Source: Antedon mediterranea (lineage: Eukaryota; Animalia; Echinodermata). From it: a stretch of 64,000 nucleotides of DNA. The DNA lies in NCBI RefSeq assembly GCF_964355755.1, contig NC_092673.1, forward strand, positions 28,145,648 to 28,209,647, read 5' to 3'. The notes under the pieces are model-generated. The model ran no database searches. It saw only the letters and a program-made list of their open reading frames with translations, and had not been told where the DNA came from. Positions 1-15,600 of the stretch are shown piece after piece (position 1 is the first letter of the stretch; every line of letters begins with the position of its first letter). Made by a program: the position numbers and the translations under genes.

Positions 1-602
1 GGTGTGAGTTTAAAATAGGCTTACATAATAACTAAATACAATAGTGAAACAAAAGTTTCAAATCCTGACTTTTTTTCAGACTTTTTCTCATGTAGGGCAT
101 CTTTTGACTGTCCTGTTATTCAAATTCAAATTCAAATAAACATTTATTTCTTTCATTCATATTTGAGTAAAAAACATTATAATTTCTGATATTTTATATA
201 TAAATATTTTTTTTTTTAGAGATATAATACAGTAAATCATAATGTATAAAAAAAAAGATGATTCAGTTATATACAAAATGAAAGAGGCAAAAAAACCCAA
301 GAAAGTATCGATCAATGGAAACAAAAATCCATTTGAAACTTGTATGTTAGGAAGCCATTTAAGAAGATTATATACTTATATATATATATAAATGTAAACA
401 TATAACTACACATACACAAACATATAGATCAACAGACACACACACACACACCCACCCACACCAACAGTAACATGATTGAATTCGCTTAGTAAATGAATTC
501 GCTTATGGTTATTCGTGGATGTTTGCATAAGTAAAAAGAAAAACCAATCCACTATTATTTTAGACCAGGCGTAGTGTACATTTTATTTCTGCCTTCTTGC
601 AG

Positions 603-3600
603 CTTGTCGACTGCATCTGTACATCAGCATGGTCTGGTGCGGACTGTTCTGAGGACTTTGATGCTTGTAGTGATGACCCATGTCACCCTGGGGTCACATG
701 TAAAGATAACTTAACACCAGAAGTCGGCAACACATGCGGGAATTGTCCCTCGGGACTTATTGGAGATGGATTTAAATGCTATGGTGAGTTCGCTAATCAG
801 GACACAATTAACACTAAGTTGAATCATTAAAATGTATTACTATTTTCTGATGTGACTGACTTCTGCACAAAAGTAAAAGAAACAGTAACTTACTCACCAG
901 CAAGTAAAAGACTTGGATTACTGAATGGCTTAAGAATGTATTTTGGAAAAAAAAGTTGGAGCAAGGACATTTTAAGAACAATAAGCTGTGAAATTGTATA
1001 GAAATTTCAAATTTTATAATCAATCTTGAGATGATGATTAATCTAAAATCATTGAAGCATTACATTGTTTTTATTCAGATTATGATGAATGTGCCTCTAA
1101 GATGGACAATGACAATCAACCGTTCTGTGATCATGAGGAGTTGTGTACCAACACGCTTGGTAGTTACACGTGTGCTTGCCGTTCTGGTTTCAGTCTTCAC
1201 CCTAATGGCAAATTTTGCCTTGGTATGTGTGATGTACACCAATAGAAACACTCAACAGTATGTTGTATCGGTACACAAGTCCTTTTCGAATTAACCTTAC
1301 TGTACCATAAGAAGAATCTGTTACAATGAACTATCTCTAAATACAAAATAAGTCATAGCAAATAAGTAAAGTTTACATCATCCTCAAGTTAAAATAATTA
1401 AGGTACAAAATTATTTTATAGTAGTATGCACAACTATATCTTTTTTTCCACTGCAGACGTTGATGAATGTGATCTGGATATTGATAACTGTGACGTCAAC
1501 GCACAATGTAACAACACCATGGGTTCCTTTGTCTGTACTTGTGATAATGGCTACAGCGGAGATGGCTCACAATGCATCGGTAATTATAGATGCCTATTCA
1601 ATAACTTTATATAGACTGTAAAATACAGTTTAGCAGATCATTAAGCCATTAAGTTTCTTTGCATTGATCATTGATTTTGTGCAAATTATGGTGACAACTG
1701 TGGAAAAAAATTTCTATTTCTTTCCTTACTTTGTAAGGTTGTATTTTCAAATCCAAAACAATGAACAGAAGCCATTTTAATTACCTTCATGCTGTTTATT
1801 TTTGTATTTTTCAGATGTTGATGAATGTTCTCAGTCACTGTGCAGTGAGTACACTGATTGTATGAACACAATCGGTTCATTTGTATGCACGTGTCAAGAA
1901 GGATTTAGGATGGATGAATCCATCTGCAAAGGTGCATAGTAAAGTAGTTGACGTCATAGTCTGGGTTCCAGACGGAGTTTTGTCTTAATATTAGTAAAAA
2001 TATAAATATTTTGGCACATTTGGTGTTTCATACATATAGTACTTGAGGTTGGAATTTCAGACAAAAATCGAAATAAAATCAAATAAATACAGACTTGGGG
2101 CAAGTCTAGTGACGTCATTATCTTATCTTCACCAATATTATCAGCATCACCTTCATCGTCACCAAACTCTATGTAATCATAATCATATATGTTCATTGTT
2201 GTCTCATTGATTAAATTGGCTACTTTGGATAAAAAGAACTTTAGTTTATAGCAGTATAATGGTAATCATTAGCAAACTTTCGGTTTAGGACCGTACGAAA
2301 ACTTTCTAGTTTATTTACAAATTTTCTTTAAAACTTTTCTAGATATTGATGAATGTGGGCTACAAACATCTAACTGCCAACAAACCTGTGAAAACGATAT
2401 AGGGTCATACAATTGTAGCTGTTATGACGGCTTTGAAATTGAAGCTGATCAAACAACTTGTAATGGTAAGTTTATTTGTTTAAAAAAAATAATAAAGTAC
2501 TAATTAATTATGATGGCGCTATTTACACCCGTTATGCTTGATTAATATGTATGAATGACGTAATGCATAAACGGTAATAAACAGGAATTATTTTAAGTCT
2601 GTTCTAAGAAAGTATTTGACACCGAAATGTATATTTTTGTATAGTTGTTTGTTTTTTTCATATTTGTTTGTTGTGTATGCTTATATGAGGACCTCACACG
2701 TGCTGTTTAAAATTAAAAATAGAAAGGATTTCATACTATTGCAAGAGATACTGTGTAAAGAAAAAGAAAGAACGACAAAATTGTCAATACCTTTAACTAT
2801 AAATGTTGGGAAATTAAATGAACGAAATATCCATAAATGTTTTAATTGAATTTGCAAATTCATTATCTTATCAGCTGTTTCAAGTTGTGTGGCAGATTCC
2901 TGTACAAATGCTGACTGTTTCTTCGATGAACAACCACACTGTGTTTGCTTCAGTGGTTTTGCAATGGAAATTGAAGATAACACTACATGCATAGGTAAAT
3001 ATAGAGAGATCTTTCCTGTAGAATTGACATATTCCCAGAATAATTTGTAGCATCTCTGCTGTCATTTCTTGTTTATTTGTTTGTGACCAATCACACGTAA
3101 CTGGCGCTGCGCGGCTCTGATGTCTTAAAACAAGGTTTTGAACAAATTCCCAGAGTGTAAAACTTTTAGAGAAACCTTTAGAACAAAAATGGCGGAAGGA
3201 ATGAAGAATAATATTTTTAATTTCATTATTTATTCGGTCTATTTCAGTATATACATAACAAAAAACTTAAATTGAGGAGACCAGGGTCAACCTAAGTGAA
3301 CTTTATCACTGTAGCTGAGCCGGTTGACCCAACCCCAAAGTCAGTTTCCACATAAAAGACACAAATACAGTTAAAGCCAATCAAAATGAATGTCAACTTT
3401 TCTAATGAAGGCTGATGGGCTTTCTGGGACTACAGCATCTGTCAATGATCTGACAATCACAATGGTATCCGCCAAGTGCGGATAACCATAAAATTAGGTT
3501 AAGTTCATATCATTTTCAGGAACCTATTTCAAAATTCTGAATCAGCACTTTACTAAGCTAAGAATTATTTAAAATGGTTTTTTTTTACAGATGTCAATGA

Positions 3601-6600
3601 ATGCAGTAATATCAGCCTTAATTTCTGTGATATGGATAATGGTATCTGCCACAACACTATAGGAGGTTATAATTGTTCCTGTACTGACGGGTTCACGTTA
3701 GATAATGATCTTCGTACATGTACTGGTAAGAGAATACTTTATGAAATGCAACAAAAGTTTATAACAAAAGTTTAGTTTTCATATTGGAATAATATTCAAA
3801 TAATCCAATGAAAAGCACACAATTGAAATATTTGAATTGTATTATGAACTAATTTACATAATTTCTCATTAATTGACAATGCCTGTATTCATCTTGTACC
3901 ATGTCCATCATGTCCATATTTTTTTTTACAAATACGGTTTAGGATGACAATGCCTAACTTTTGTTTTTTTTAAAGATATTGATGAATGTCTTGTGAACAG
4001 CTGCCAAGCTAATTCAGAATGTACAAACACACGTGGTTCCTACACCTGTACATGTCTTAGTGGATTTAGATCAAGTGAACAGTTATGTATAGGTAAGAGT
4101 AATAAACATCTATAGCATTGTCAAGATGTGTTATAGACAGGTCTTGGTAGAGAGTTGTCAAATCAATAGACTATCTGATAAATTAACCACATGCAACGAC
4201 TAAAAAATAGGAAGCCTTTTGCCATTTTCCCCTGAGTGTAGAGTGGAGTGGTTTGGATGCTCGGCTACCAATCCCTTGGTCCTTGCGTCAAATTCTCTCG
4301 CGACATATTCAAATCCATTTTCCAAGTCTTTGTGTAGACATATTGTTTAGTTTATTGTATAGTCCTGATTTTACAGTAATGCAACTTGGTTATAAGATGC
4401 CCAATAAGATGTTTATACTCGCTAGATAGAATTCACCTTTAAAACTGTTTCTATTTTAGATGTAAACGAGTGTGAAGGTGATTCCAACAACTGCGATGAA
4501 AACGCATCTTGTGTAAACACATATGGTTCATTTGTTTGTACCTGTAATACTGGATATGTTAGCATTGACGATGGAAACGGACGGACTGGAACATGCCAAG
4601 GTATTTATTAACTAACGTTGTAAATACATTTTTTACAGAACACCTATGCAAAAAATAGGCCTACATGTAATACAAGATCAACTTTATATTTAATTGATTG
4701 CTACATTTAATTTATAAAACCACACACGTATGTTTTCTACTAGATTATGATGAATGTCTGTATAACTTGGACAACTGTGCCACTACTGCCAGTTGCAATA
4801 ACACTATTGGTTCTTTTGTTTGTACTTGTAACCATGGTTATACAGGTGATGGAGTCACATGCCAAGGTAACTTTCTGCTCTGACTTGTTTAGTCTCACAT
4901 GCCCATAATCAGGATTATTAAGAAAGAGAGAGAGTGGGTCAGGATAGTAGAGACAGTGTTTGCTATCTTTAGGGTACAACATGAATTCTGTGCAAGATGA
5001 ATATATATACTGAAGCATATTTAAAACGATCAATACGGCAATTTTGTTGATTTTTCTAGATATAAATGAATGTGAGCAAGATCCTTGTGCAGAGAATGAA
5101 AACCGGCAATGTGTGAACCAACAAGGATCGTATACATGTCCCTGTGATTACGATTCATTCCAAGAACAAGGAACATGTATAGGTATAGAAAATACTGTGA
5201 AACACACTAACAAACACCACATTTCATACAAATATTTACATATTTTATTTTCCAATGGGGTATCATTTATAGTGAAAATGAAATATTATAGGAGCTGTAA
5301 AGGAGGTGTGGAGACACTAATGAAGTCATGACAACCCAGAACAGTATTTAGTCCTTGATAACCGATCATTTTTTTTAATTTTTTTTTTATTTTTCTTTTA
5401 GCGGTTGAGACTGTTATGTTGAGAGTTGTGTTTACCGATTTACTTGGTTGGAAAGTTGATACTTTCTTTCATCTCTTTGACTTTGAACAAGACTCTGATG
5501 AAATCCAAAACCAGGTACGCTTTTATACAATGTCTACACTATCAAACTTTATGTGACAACAAAATGTGATGTGCCCATATATGGACATGATGATGTAATA
5601 TTACTACCGTATTTCTGTATATCATTACCATATTTGGACACATCAATAGTGTAGACAGAGCTTAATAAAATGTCCTTTACATTGATTGTGGCAGTTAGTA
5701 TAAGCAGTGAAGAGTGACTTCTCTGGTATGAGATTCCATTTGCTTTCATTTTGAAGGATGTTTTTTTAACTATACAAAATGTTTTGTTTTATAGATGAAT
5801 GCACACTTCAACAAATCCGAGTTGTCTAATAGTTTTTTGGAGGTGGTTGCTACAAGTTTTTCCAACACGACAGGAGGAATTGAGACATCGTTTGCTGTAA
5901 AGTTCCGTGAAGGTTCGGATATTAGTGAGGAGAAGCTGTTGAAAGTTTTCTTGGATAACTTGACGGGTAGAAATAAAGACTTTGTAGAGCCATATAACAG
6001 AGTTGATGTAGCAGATACAGCCTCACAACTTCCAGGTAAGGTTTCAGTTTTGCAACTAATAATAAAATAAACCTTATTTCAAACAAGGAAATCTAAGAAC
6101 AGGATACTGAGCTCGCCAAGATATTAACTCGTAACATTACTTTGTAGTAGGGTACTTTAAGGGGACAAATTATTGATCTAATGTCTGGCTGCGACAAATA
6201 CCACTATTTTTGGACCATGTACATATTCTCCGTGACGCGCGGTGTTTGTTAAACTGATTGCGTTGTAGCCGCAGATAAACCCTTTGATCTCCAGAGCTCG
6301 AGCATCCTGTTGGTAGATTGCCTGGTTTCAACAAATAAAGTTCTCCACTAAATACTGAATTTGTTTTATAATAGTGGATCCCTGTGAGACGGAGACAGAC
6401 AACTGTTCTGAGAGATTCTTTGTCAACTGCGTGTACATTGAAAACAGTACTTACACGTGTAATACATGCGTTGATGGATATCAGCTTGTCCATGATTCCT
6501 GTGTTGGTAAGTATATAATTTTGAGAATTATGAATTCATTTTCACGCCATTTCCCAGCCACTAACATAAGTATGATTATTGTAATAATTGTTATATGTAA

Positions 6601-9600
6601 ATATGCCTACTTTTTAACTACTTGTTAACTTGTAACAATCTTAGTAATATACAACAGAAATAGAAATATTCATACAAATAATTAATTGCTACAATGTACC
6701 TTTATTTTATATATAATATATATACATATAAATCTGAGAATTATAATAAAAGTGGGAAGACCCCACACAAGACAAAAAAAAAAAAAGTATGATTATTTCG
6801 TATTCAGTCAAATGTATTGATAGAAAATGATTTTTCTTACAGATATTGATGAATGTGAAACAGGAACCCATGATTGCACTGGTGTAAAAGAACTGTGTTC
6901 TAACACAGGGGGAGGATATGCATGCCAATGTGAATCTGGCTACAGTTATAATAGTAATCAGGTTTGTGAAGGTGAGAAAACATCATTTTTGTATTCAACT
7001 TCTCACTAAGATCTTCATTAGTGAAGGATGGGACCAAACACCCTTAAAACAAACCAGTCCAAATTGCACGAGACCATGTGGCTATGTTTGTGGGTGTGTA
7101 CTAGTACACACACACAAACCAATGTAACCAATTACTCGCTCAAATCATCAAGAGAATCTTTGGTTGAATTTCTTTTTAAAAGGAGATTTGAAATTAGTAG
7201 CGCCATACGGTACATCAGGTTTTAGTAGGAGATAGATTGAATATTTTATGTACTTTTTTCATTTAGATATAAATGAGTGTAACAATAATTCCTTGTGTAC
7301 TACTGGTAACGAAGTTTGCATCAATCTGCCTGGAAACTATGCATGTGATTGTGATTCAGGCTACACTCGCATCGAACAAGTCTGCCAAGGTAATGGCATT
7401 GCCATGAGATATTCTAGGACTACTATTTTTACTTTGTTTTAAAAAAATTGTTGAATAAAGCTATTGTATAAGTTTATTCAAGTATTACCTTTTTATTTAT
7501 TGTAATAATGTATTCGTTTTAGATGTGAATGAGTGCTTGTATTCATCTACAATATGCAGCAATGAAAATGAAGTTTGTACAAACACACCTGGAAGCTATC
7601 TTTGTGAATGTGAACCCACCTTTATTCGTTCTAATGGGGAATGCTTAAGTAAGTTGAGTGTTAGTTAGCATTTGCTAACTTGTTCCTAATGTACTAACAT
7701 TTTGAAGCTTTCGACTTAGGAACAATTAAATTAATCATTAAATCCAAACGATTGAAATTTGTATTTTGTTGATTAGCATCAAGACGGTTCAGAGGTCAGA
7801 TACGTGTCATTGAGGTCAATAGATCAGCAGAACTTGCAGAATGGGACAACGACCTACTTGACAACACTAGTGACAAATATCAGACATACGCAACGCATAT
7901 ATGTATCATTGTAAGTTTTCAAACGTTATTTAATATCGAAAGTCTCTATATTACGGGGCGCCATCTGGCACTACTTCATTCTGTCCAGAATAAATAGTGT
8001 GTCGAACGGTGCTATGCTCTCCATTCGCCAGCACCTCAAAGTTTTCTTCTGGAGTAAAGCTTTGTAATATGGAGGATTCGTTTGCTGCTCGAGTACAAAA
8101 GCCATGTGTATGTGCGTATGCGTTTCTGAATTACCTTTTTACATAACCAAAGCTGCGTCAAACGGAGCGTCATGTTTTTGTAGACCTATTGAAAGTCGTG
8201 CATTATTCTAAAAGGTGATTTCAACAATTTTATTCATGGTTTGTTTACAATTGACATTTTATAATAGGTCGATGATATTTATGCAGAATCTTTACAAACA
8301 ACCGCTACTTTCTACACGTGCAGTATCATAGGATTCAGTGAGGGCAGTATAATATCGGTGTATGAGATTCAGTTTTATGCCAATTCAACAGAGACAGCGA
8401 ACAATCTTGTAGAGTTACTACTTAATGAAACAGATTTTGAGGATCGGTTGCATAGCATTGATAACATGAGAAGTGTGCGTATTGATCCAACCCAGGTTAC
8501 TATCCAAGGTTTGTCAACGTTCAACATTATTAATATTTTTTTTCTATTGGTGAATATTATTTTTCTTTCGAGACTATATTTTCCGTTACACGCTCCGACA
8601 AATGTTATAATGCAAATCAAAACAGCTACACTGAATATCATAGATATGTGTCTGAATAATGTAATATACAAAATAATGAATGTTTATGAGTTGAATGGTG
8701 ATAGTATTTCGTGAGTTGAAAGATTTAAAGGCTCTATTTGACTCGGCGTTTGTGCATCGTACATTAGTGCAAAATAATGAACAATGAATGCGCAATTAAC
8801 CAATGTATTGACGAGAATACAAGCAGGTATGTTATAATAAAGGATAACCTATGAATAATGTTTGCTATTTATTCTAGAGTTCCCGATTGTCTGTGAAGAT
8901 GACTACTGTAAAAATGGAGGAACGTGTCAAATTAACAATTTATTTGATCAATCATGCAGGTTAGTTATTCACCATTAGTTGCACATTGTCTATTTGTTAG
9001 TGCGATTTACCTGGTTGACCTTTCACCTATTCTCATTTCTGTTTGTTGCATTTTTAACATTACTATTCAAATGTAATATGTTTAAAACAATCGCATCTTA
9101 AAAGAGAAGATTTTACTATTATCCTTTTCTCGAACTTTTTTTCAAATACAGTTGCGTAGATGGTTACAGTGGTGACAACTGTGATCTTAAAGGTAAACTA
9201 CAGTAATTTATATAGTAATAATTGAATTGTTTAAGTCCGTGTCACTATAAAATGTATTAATAAATTAAGACCAGGATTATTGCAATGTGCGTGTTCATAT
9301 TGAACAGGGGAATGAGAGAACATAACTGGATGACAGTGGCCGTATAAAAAAATATTTTCCATAACAGAAATCTTTAAATTTATTTTGTTAAACAATTTGA
9401 ATTTGGTTTCTTTTTTCAGCAAATAGCAGTGATTCTCTTCTCTGGATCTTGTTGGTTGTGTTGGGGCTTGTGTTCATAATTGTACTATTAGCTTGTTTCT
9501 GCTGTTTATTCTTCATCATTAAACGACAAAGGCGTGATACTCTACCTGCTAGGAAATCATGGCCAAATTTCCAATACCCAGCCGTCTGGAATCCAGCCAG

Positions 9601-10895
9601 AAACCAAAGCATGTCTGATTCATCTATTTCTACGTATCCAAGAGCTAGTGACTCCAGTCAAATGGCACATGTTGCACGTGCTATCGACGCTATGTCTCAT
9701 CGTCAAGTAAGTCTCATGCGTCTGTGCAAGGCAATCTAACAACAGGACACTGAGCTCGCCTTCCCCTTTGATCTTATGTCTGGCTGCGAAAAATACCAAC
9801 AATACTGTACTATGTACATGGGCGTGGGACTGATCGTGTCGTAGCAACAGATAAACCCTTTGATCTCCGGGGCTTAGCATCCTGTTGTTAGATTCCCTTT
9901 GTCTGTGTGTAACACAGATACTAGAATTATTATTGGAGGCCAGGAAGCCTAGAATCAATCGACGAAGAATAATAGATTGGTCCCACAATACCGTTGATTT
10001 TACGACCATTAACAGTTAAAGTATTAACTATTAAGTCAACTCTCTCAATAATGAACTTTTCTGGAAAATATGTTTTTGGAAAAGTTTACAGTTTTCAGAG
10101 AGCCCGGTATATAGTAATATTTATGATAAATTGTGAATATATCAGTATTCTGAAACTAGTATATCGTTGTATTTCTTTAATGTAATGTAGAATCATGTAT
10201 TTGATTTGCAAGACGACGCGTTGTCCAGCAACACGAGCGACTTCATCAGACCTTACGTAGCAACTGGTATGGAGAGTGCTGAACAACAGGTATGTTTAGT
10301 GATTATGAGGTAATTATTAATGTATTACATTCTAACCAGGATATCTGTAATAGATTGTTATATTGTAGTACAGGAAAACTGAACATGTCCACTTAATTCA
10401 TTCATTCGTTTTTATTTCACAGTGCATCACACTTGATAAGTTATTATAGATTAATTCAAAGGGATAAATAAAAGCCTAGAAAAGACCAAAAAGCTCAAGA
10501 TAGCTTTAAGCCTGGTTTCACCAGAACAAAATAACTACTATAAAACTACTAACTAACTACAAAATACTACTACTAATAATAATAATTGGATTATATTGTA
10601 TTTAAAATGTGAATTATTGACTGTAAATGTTTACGGTGATAACAACAAAAATCCGATGTGTAGTATTTAAAAGAATGTTCTTGAATTTCATCCAGAATTA
10701 CTAAAGCAACATTCTGTTGTCGTTTCCTTTTGTTTATCTTTCTCTCAGCAGACCTTACAAGATCAGCATGTACCATTTAGCTACTTACACAACCCCCGTC
10801 AAAGTGCATTTGTTGGATTTGCAAACCGAGGCTTCAGAACTAACCACAGATACGACGACTCGGATTCCGATGACCATTATAATTATCTTAACTAA
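603..10895 (+). CDS. 3' portion of a multi-exon EGF/cbEGF + 2x SEA single-pass transmembrane mucin-like protein (MUC4/VWDE/fibrillin-like); 5' end lies outside the window
   Basis: Many phase-1 GT-AG exons encoding D-x-D/N-E-C calcium-binding EGF repeats (e.g. ~1079, 1457, 1815, 2343, 3591, 3976, 4460, 4744, 5060, 6843, 7267, 7522). SEA-like exons at ~5402-6036 and ~7778-8508 (GFSEGSII motif). TM segment [23 protein letters not shown] followed by KRQRR at ~9450-9535. Tail exons at ~10213-10289 and 10749-10895 (TAA). Confidence 0.85.
1957..2108 (-). mobile_element. 152-bp non-autonomous Academ-like element (deletion derivative of the 49406-54973 element)
   Basis: TAG...CTA termini and near-perfect 9-bp TSD (ttgacgtca/gtgacgtca). 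Its reverse complement matches both ends of the 49406-54973 element. Confidence 0.75.
6091..6318. mobile_element. MITE, family shared with 9734-9893
   Basis: Imperfect TIR atctaagaacaggatactgagc / gctcgagcatcctgttggtagat. Internal motifs atgtctggctgcga and cagataaaccctttgatctcc are shared with the 9.8 kb copy. Confidence 0.65.
9734..9893. mobile_element. MITE, second copy of the 6091-6318 family
   Basis: TIR atctaacaacagga / tcctgttgttagat and the same internal motifs. Confidence 0.65.
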
Positions 10896-10996
10896 TAGTT
10901 AGTGTTTTTCGCTTTATTTTCATTTCATCATTTATTTAATGTTCACAACAATGTTTACAAGTACAGTATTAAAAATTACAGTACTACAGGCAGTGA

Positions 10997-11210
10997 CAAA
11001 TAGTTGCCCGTTCCTTTCTGGTCAATAAGTTGCCCGTTCCTTTCTGGTCAAATAGTTGCCCATTTGTTACTAGTCAGATTGTTACCCGTTTCTTTCTGGT
11101 CAAATAGTTTCACATTCCTTTCTGGTCAAATAGTTGTTCATCCATTTCTGGTCAAATAGTTGCCCGTTCCTTTCTGGTCAAATAGTTGTCCATTCCTTTC
11201 TGGTCAAAAT
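10997..11210. repeat. 26-bp minisatellite, ~8 copies, just 3' of the mucin-like stop
   Basis: Unit caaatagttgcccgttcctttctggt repeated in tandem with substitutions. Confidence 0.9.
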
Positions 11211-12699
11211 AGAACTATATGCGAGCAGAGAGCATGTTTCTTTGTTCTTATTGATGTCTAGTTGGCACATCGTTATGCCAAAATTACTACTTTACTAAAA
11301 GTTTGTAAGAGTTTCTTATCTTTGTGTGTTTGCAAAAATAGCACTAGGCTACACTATATCAAATGCTAGGTGTGAGAAAAAAATTTCATTGTATGTTTAT
11401 TTTTTATTTATTCATATTAATTGGTTCAGTGCTTTTTCTAATTGCTTATATTCTAATTACCGTTGTGTTTTTATTTATTTACGATTTTTGATGTAAGTGG
11501 CCTGGAATCAAATGTACATTTTGTTATTTTTTTATTTTTCATATAAAACATTTAGTGTTGTTTAGCTGAACACACTGTAATCAGTATAGTAGGGACAACA
11601 ACAACAACGCAAATTATATTTTGCAGCTATCCGCATAGAAACAACAAATTCATATTTAATTTTGAACAAGTTTTATAATTGATAATAATAATACATTTTA
11701 GTCCAAATTTTATGGTATTTTAGGATCCGTCCAAATTGGTATTATATTCGACAATAAACTTTTTTTATTTTACTTTCATGTATATATTAAAATAATGTAT
11801 TTTTATATAAATGTTAAAACTTATTTATAAACAAATAGGTATTTTTTATACAGTGTTGAACTTGAAACTTGTATTTTGTTTTTAAACATCAAAGCAATTT
11901 ATTATTCTATAGAATATATTACAATTTGAAAAAAACATGTCTTTTTAAAGCGATCAACTTTGTAAATTTAAACTTTGACATTTTATTTTTAATTCAGGCT
12001 TTTAGGAATACATTTTAAATAAAGAGTATGAAAATTTAAACAAATCTCTGCCCATTAGCAAATTTTATTCTTCAAAAAATGGCCAAAATATTATGCAAAT
12101 AATACTGCTATATATCTGCAATGCAGTATCATCATCATACGAACAAGTTATTTTGAAAAATAAAAAGGTCGAATTTGGGAATGTTTTGAAAAAAATCTTT
12201 TTTTTTAAATATCTATTGAGGCAACATACCCAAAACACATTAATGTGATACTGTGCATCTCGCAATATGATATATATTGGCATTTTGTCGAAAAACGGAC
12301 AAATATCGATTTGTTAACACAGAAATGGAGAAATTTGGCATTTTTTCGACAAATTGCCAAAATTTCTACTTTTAAAATACTGTACAGGTTTTTTTTTGAA
12401 AAATAGCTAAAATATCCACTTTTTTTTAATTCAATAATTATGCGATAATATGGACATATATGCGCATATATTGTGTTATCATCATCATATAGAGCCATTG
12501 TAAATACTTATGTCAAAAAATAAAAGGGTCGAAATTTGGCCAATTTCCCTGTAAATACCGGCACCGAAAATTTTTCTAAATATGGCCAAAATACGCACTT
12601 TTTAAAATACTGTTATATGCAATATTATTGCTATATATGTGCATATATTACGTTATAATCATCTGATAGACGTATAGTCCCCAGTTATGTCAACAAATA

Positions 12700-15600
12700 A
12701 AAACTAGTACAGGGTAATTTTCGAAAAATGGCCATTTTCTTACCCTTTTATTTTTTGATATAAATAGTTACTATATCAAAATAAACATGCGCAGAGTCGA
12801 ATATTGGGTTCTGCGCATGTCAATTATGCTATAGTAACTAGTTTTATTGGAAAATAAAAAGGTCAAAATTTTGCCATTTTTTGAAAAAATCCCCGTACTA
12901 TAGTACAGGGAAATTTTCGAAAAATGGCCATTTTCGACCCTTTTATTTTTTGATATAAATAGTTACTATAGCATAATAAACATGCGCAGAGTCTAATATT
13001 AGGTTCTACTCATGTCTATTATGCTATAGTAACCAGTTTTATCTATTTTTTGACATAAGGGGTTACTATATCCAAATAAATATGCGCAGAGTCGAATATT
13101 GGGGTCTGCGCATGTCAATTATGCTATAGTAACTAGTTTTATCGGAAAATAAAAAGGTCGAAATTTTGCTATTTTTTGAAAAAATCTCTGTACTATAGTA
13201 CAGGGAAATTTTCGAAAAATGGCAATTTTTCGACCCTTTTATTTTTTGATATAAATAGTTACTATTAGGTTCTGCGCATGTCTATTATGCTATAGTAACC
13301 AATTTTATCTATTTTTTGACATAAGGGGTTACTATATCCAAATAAATATGCGCAGAGTCGAATATTGGGGTCTGCGCATATCAATTATGCTATAGTAACT
13401 AGTTTTATTGGAAAATAAAAAGGTCAACATTTTGCCATTTTTTGAAAAAATCCCCGTACTATAGTAAAGGGAAATTTTCGAAAAATGGCCATTTTCGACC
13501 CTTTTATTTTTTGATATAAATAGTTACTATAGCATAATAAACATGCGCAGAGTCTTATATTAGGTCTGCGCATGTCTATTATGCTATAGTAACCAGTTTT
13601 ATCTATTTTTTGACATAAGGGGTTACTATATCCAAATAAATATGCGCAGAGTCGAATATTGGGGTCTGCGCATATCAATTATGCTATAGTAACTAGTTTT
13701 ATCGGAAAATAAAAAGGTCGAAATTTTGCTATTTTTTGAAAAAATCTCTGTACTATAGTATAGGGAAATTTTCGAAAAATAGCCATTTTTCGACCCTTTT
13801 ATTTTTTGATATAAATAGTTACTATAGCATAATAAACATGCGCAGAGTCGAATATTATCTACTACGCATGTTAATTATGCTATAGTAACCATTTTTATCT
13901 ATTTTTTGACATAAGGGGTTACTATATCAAAATAAATATGCGCAGAGTCGAATATTGGGGTCTGCGCATGTCAATTATGCTATAGTGACTAGTTTTATCG
14001 GAAAATAAAAAGGTCGAAATTTTGCTATTTTTTGAAAAAATCTCTGTACTATAGTTCAGGGAAATTTTCGAAAAATGGCAATTTTTCGACTCTTTTATTT
14101 TTTGATATAAATAGTTACTATAGCATAATAAACATGCGCAGAGTCTAATATTAGGTTCTGCGCATGTCTATTATGCTATAGTAAACAGTTTTATCTATTT
14201 TTTGACATAAGGGGTTACTATATCCAAATAAATATGCGCAGAGTCGAATATTGGGGTCTGCGCATGTCAATTATGCTATAGTAACTAGTTTTATCGGAAA
14301 ATAAAAAGGTCGAAATTTTGCCATTTTTATGAAAAAATCCCCGTACTATAGTACAGGGAAATTTTCGAAAAATGGCCATTTTCGACCCTTTTATTTTTTT
14401 ATATATATAGTTACTATAGCATAATAAACATGCGCAGAGTCGAATATTGGGTTATGCGCATGTCAATTATGCTATAGTAACTAGTTTTATCGGAAAATAA
14501 AAAGGTCGAAATTTTGCTATTTTTTGAAAAAAATCTCTGTACTATAGTATAGGGAAATTTTCGAAAAATAGCCATTTTTCGATCCTTTTATTTTTTGATA
14601 TAAATAGTTATTATAGCATAATAAACATGTGCAGAGTCGAATATTATCTACTGCGCATGTTAATTATGCTATAGTAACCAGTTTTATCTATTTTTTGACA
14701 TAAATGGTTACTATATCAAAATAAACATGCGCAGAGTCGAATATTGGGTTCTGCGCATGTCAATTATGCTATAGTAACTAGTTTTATTGGAAAATAAAAA
14801 GGTCAACATTTTGCCATTTTTTGAAAAAATCCCCGTACTATAGTACAGGGAAATTTTTGAAAAATGGCCATTTTCGACCCTTTTATTTTTTGATATAAAT
14901 AGTTACTATAGCATAATAAACATGCGCAGAGTCTTATATTAGGGTCTGCGCATGTCTATTGTGCTATAGTAACCAGTTTTATCTATTTTTTGACATAAGC
15001 GGTTACTATATCAAAATAAATATGCGCAGAGTCGAATATTGGAGTCTGCGCATGTCAATTATGCTATAGTAACTAGTTTTATCGGAAAATAAAAAGGTCG
15101 AAATTTTGCTATTTTTTGAAAAAATCTCTGTACTATAGTACAGGGAAATTTTCGAAAAATAGCCATTTTTTGACCCTTTTATTTTTTGATATAAATAGTT
15201 ACTATAGCATAATAAACATGCGCAGAGTCTAATATTAGGTTCTGCGCATGTCTATTATGCTATAGTAACCAGTTTTATCTATTTTTTGACATAAGGGGTT
15301 ACTATATCCAAATAAATATGCGCTGAGTCGAATATTGGGGTCTGCGCATGTCAATTATGCTATAGTAACTAGTTTTATCGGAAAATAAAAAGGTCGAAAT
15401 TTTGCTATTTTTTGAAAAAATCTCTGTACTATAGTACTGTACAGGGAAATTTTTGAAAAATAGCCATTTTTCGACCCTTTTATTTTTTGATATAAATAGT
15501 TACTATAGCATAATAAACATGTGCAGAGTCGAATATTATCTACTGCGCATGTCAATTATGCTATAGTAACCAGTTTTATCTATTTTTTGACATAAATGGT

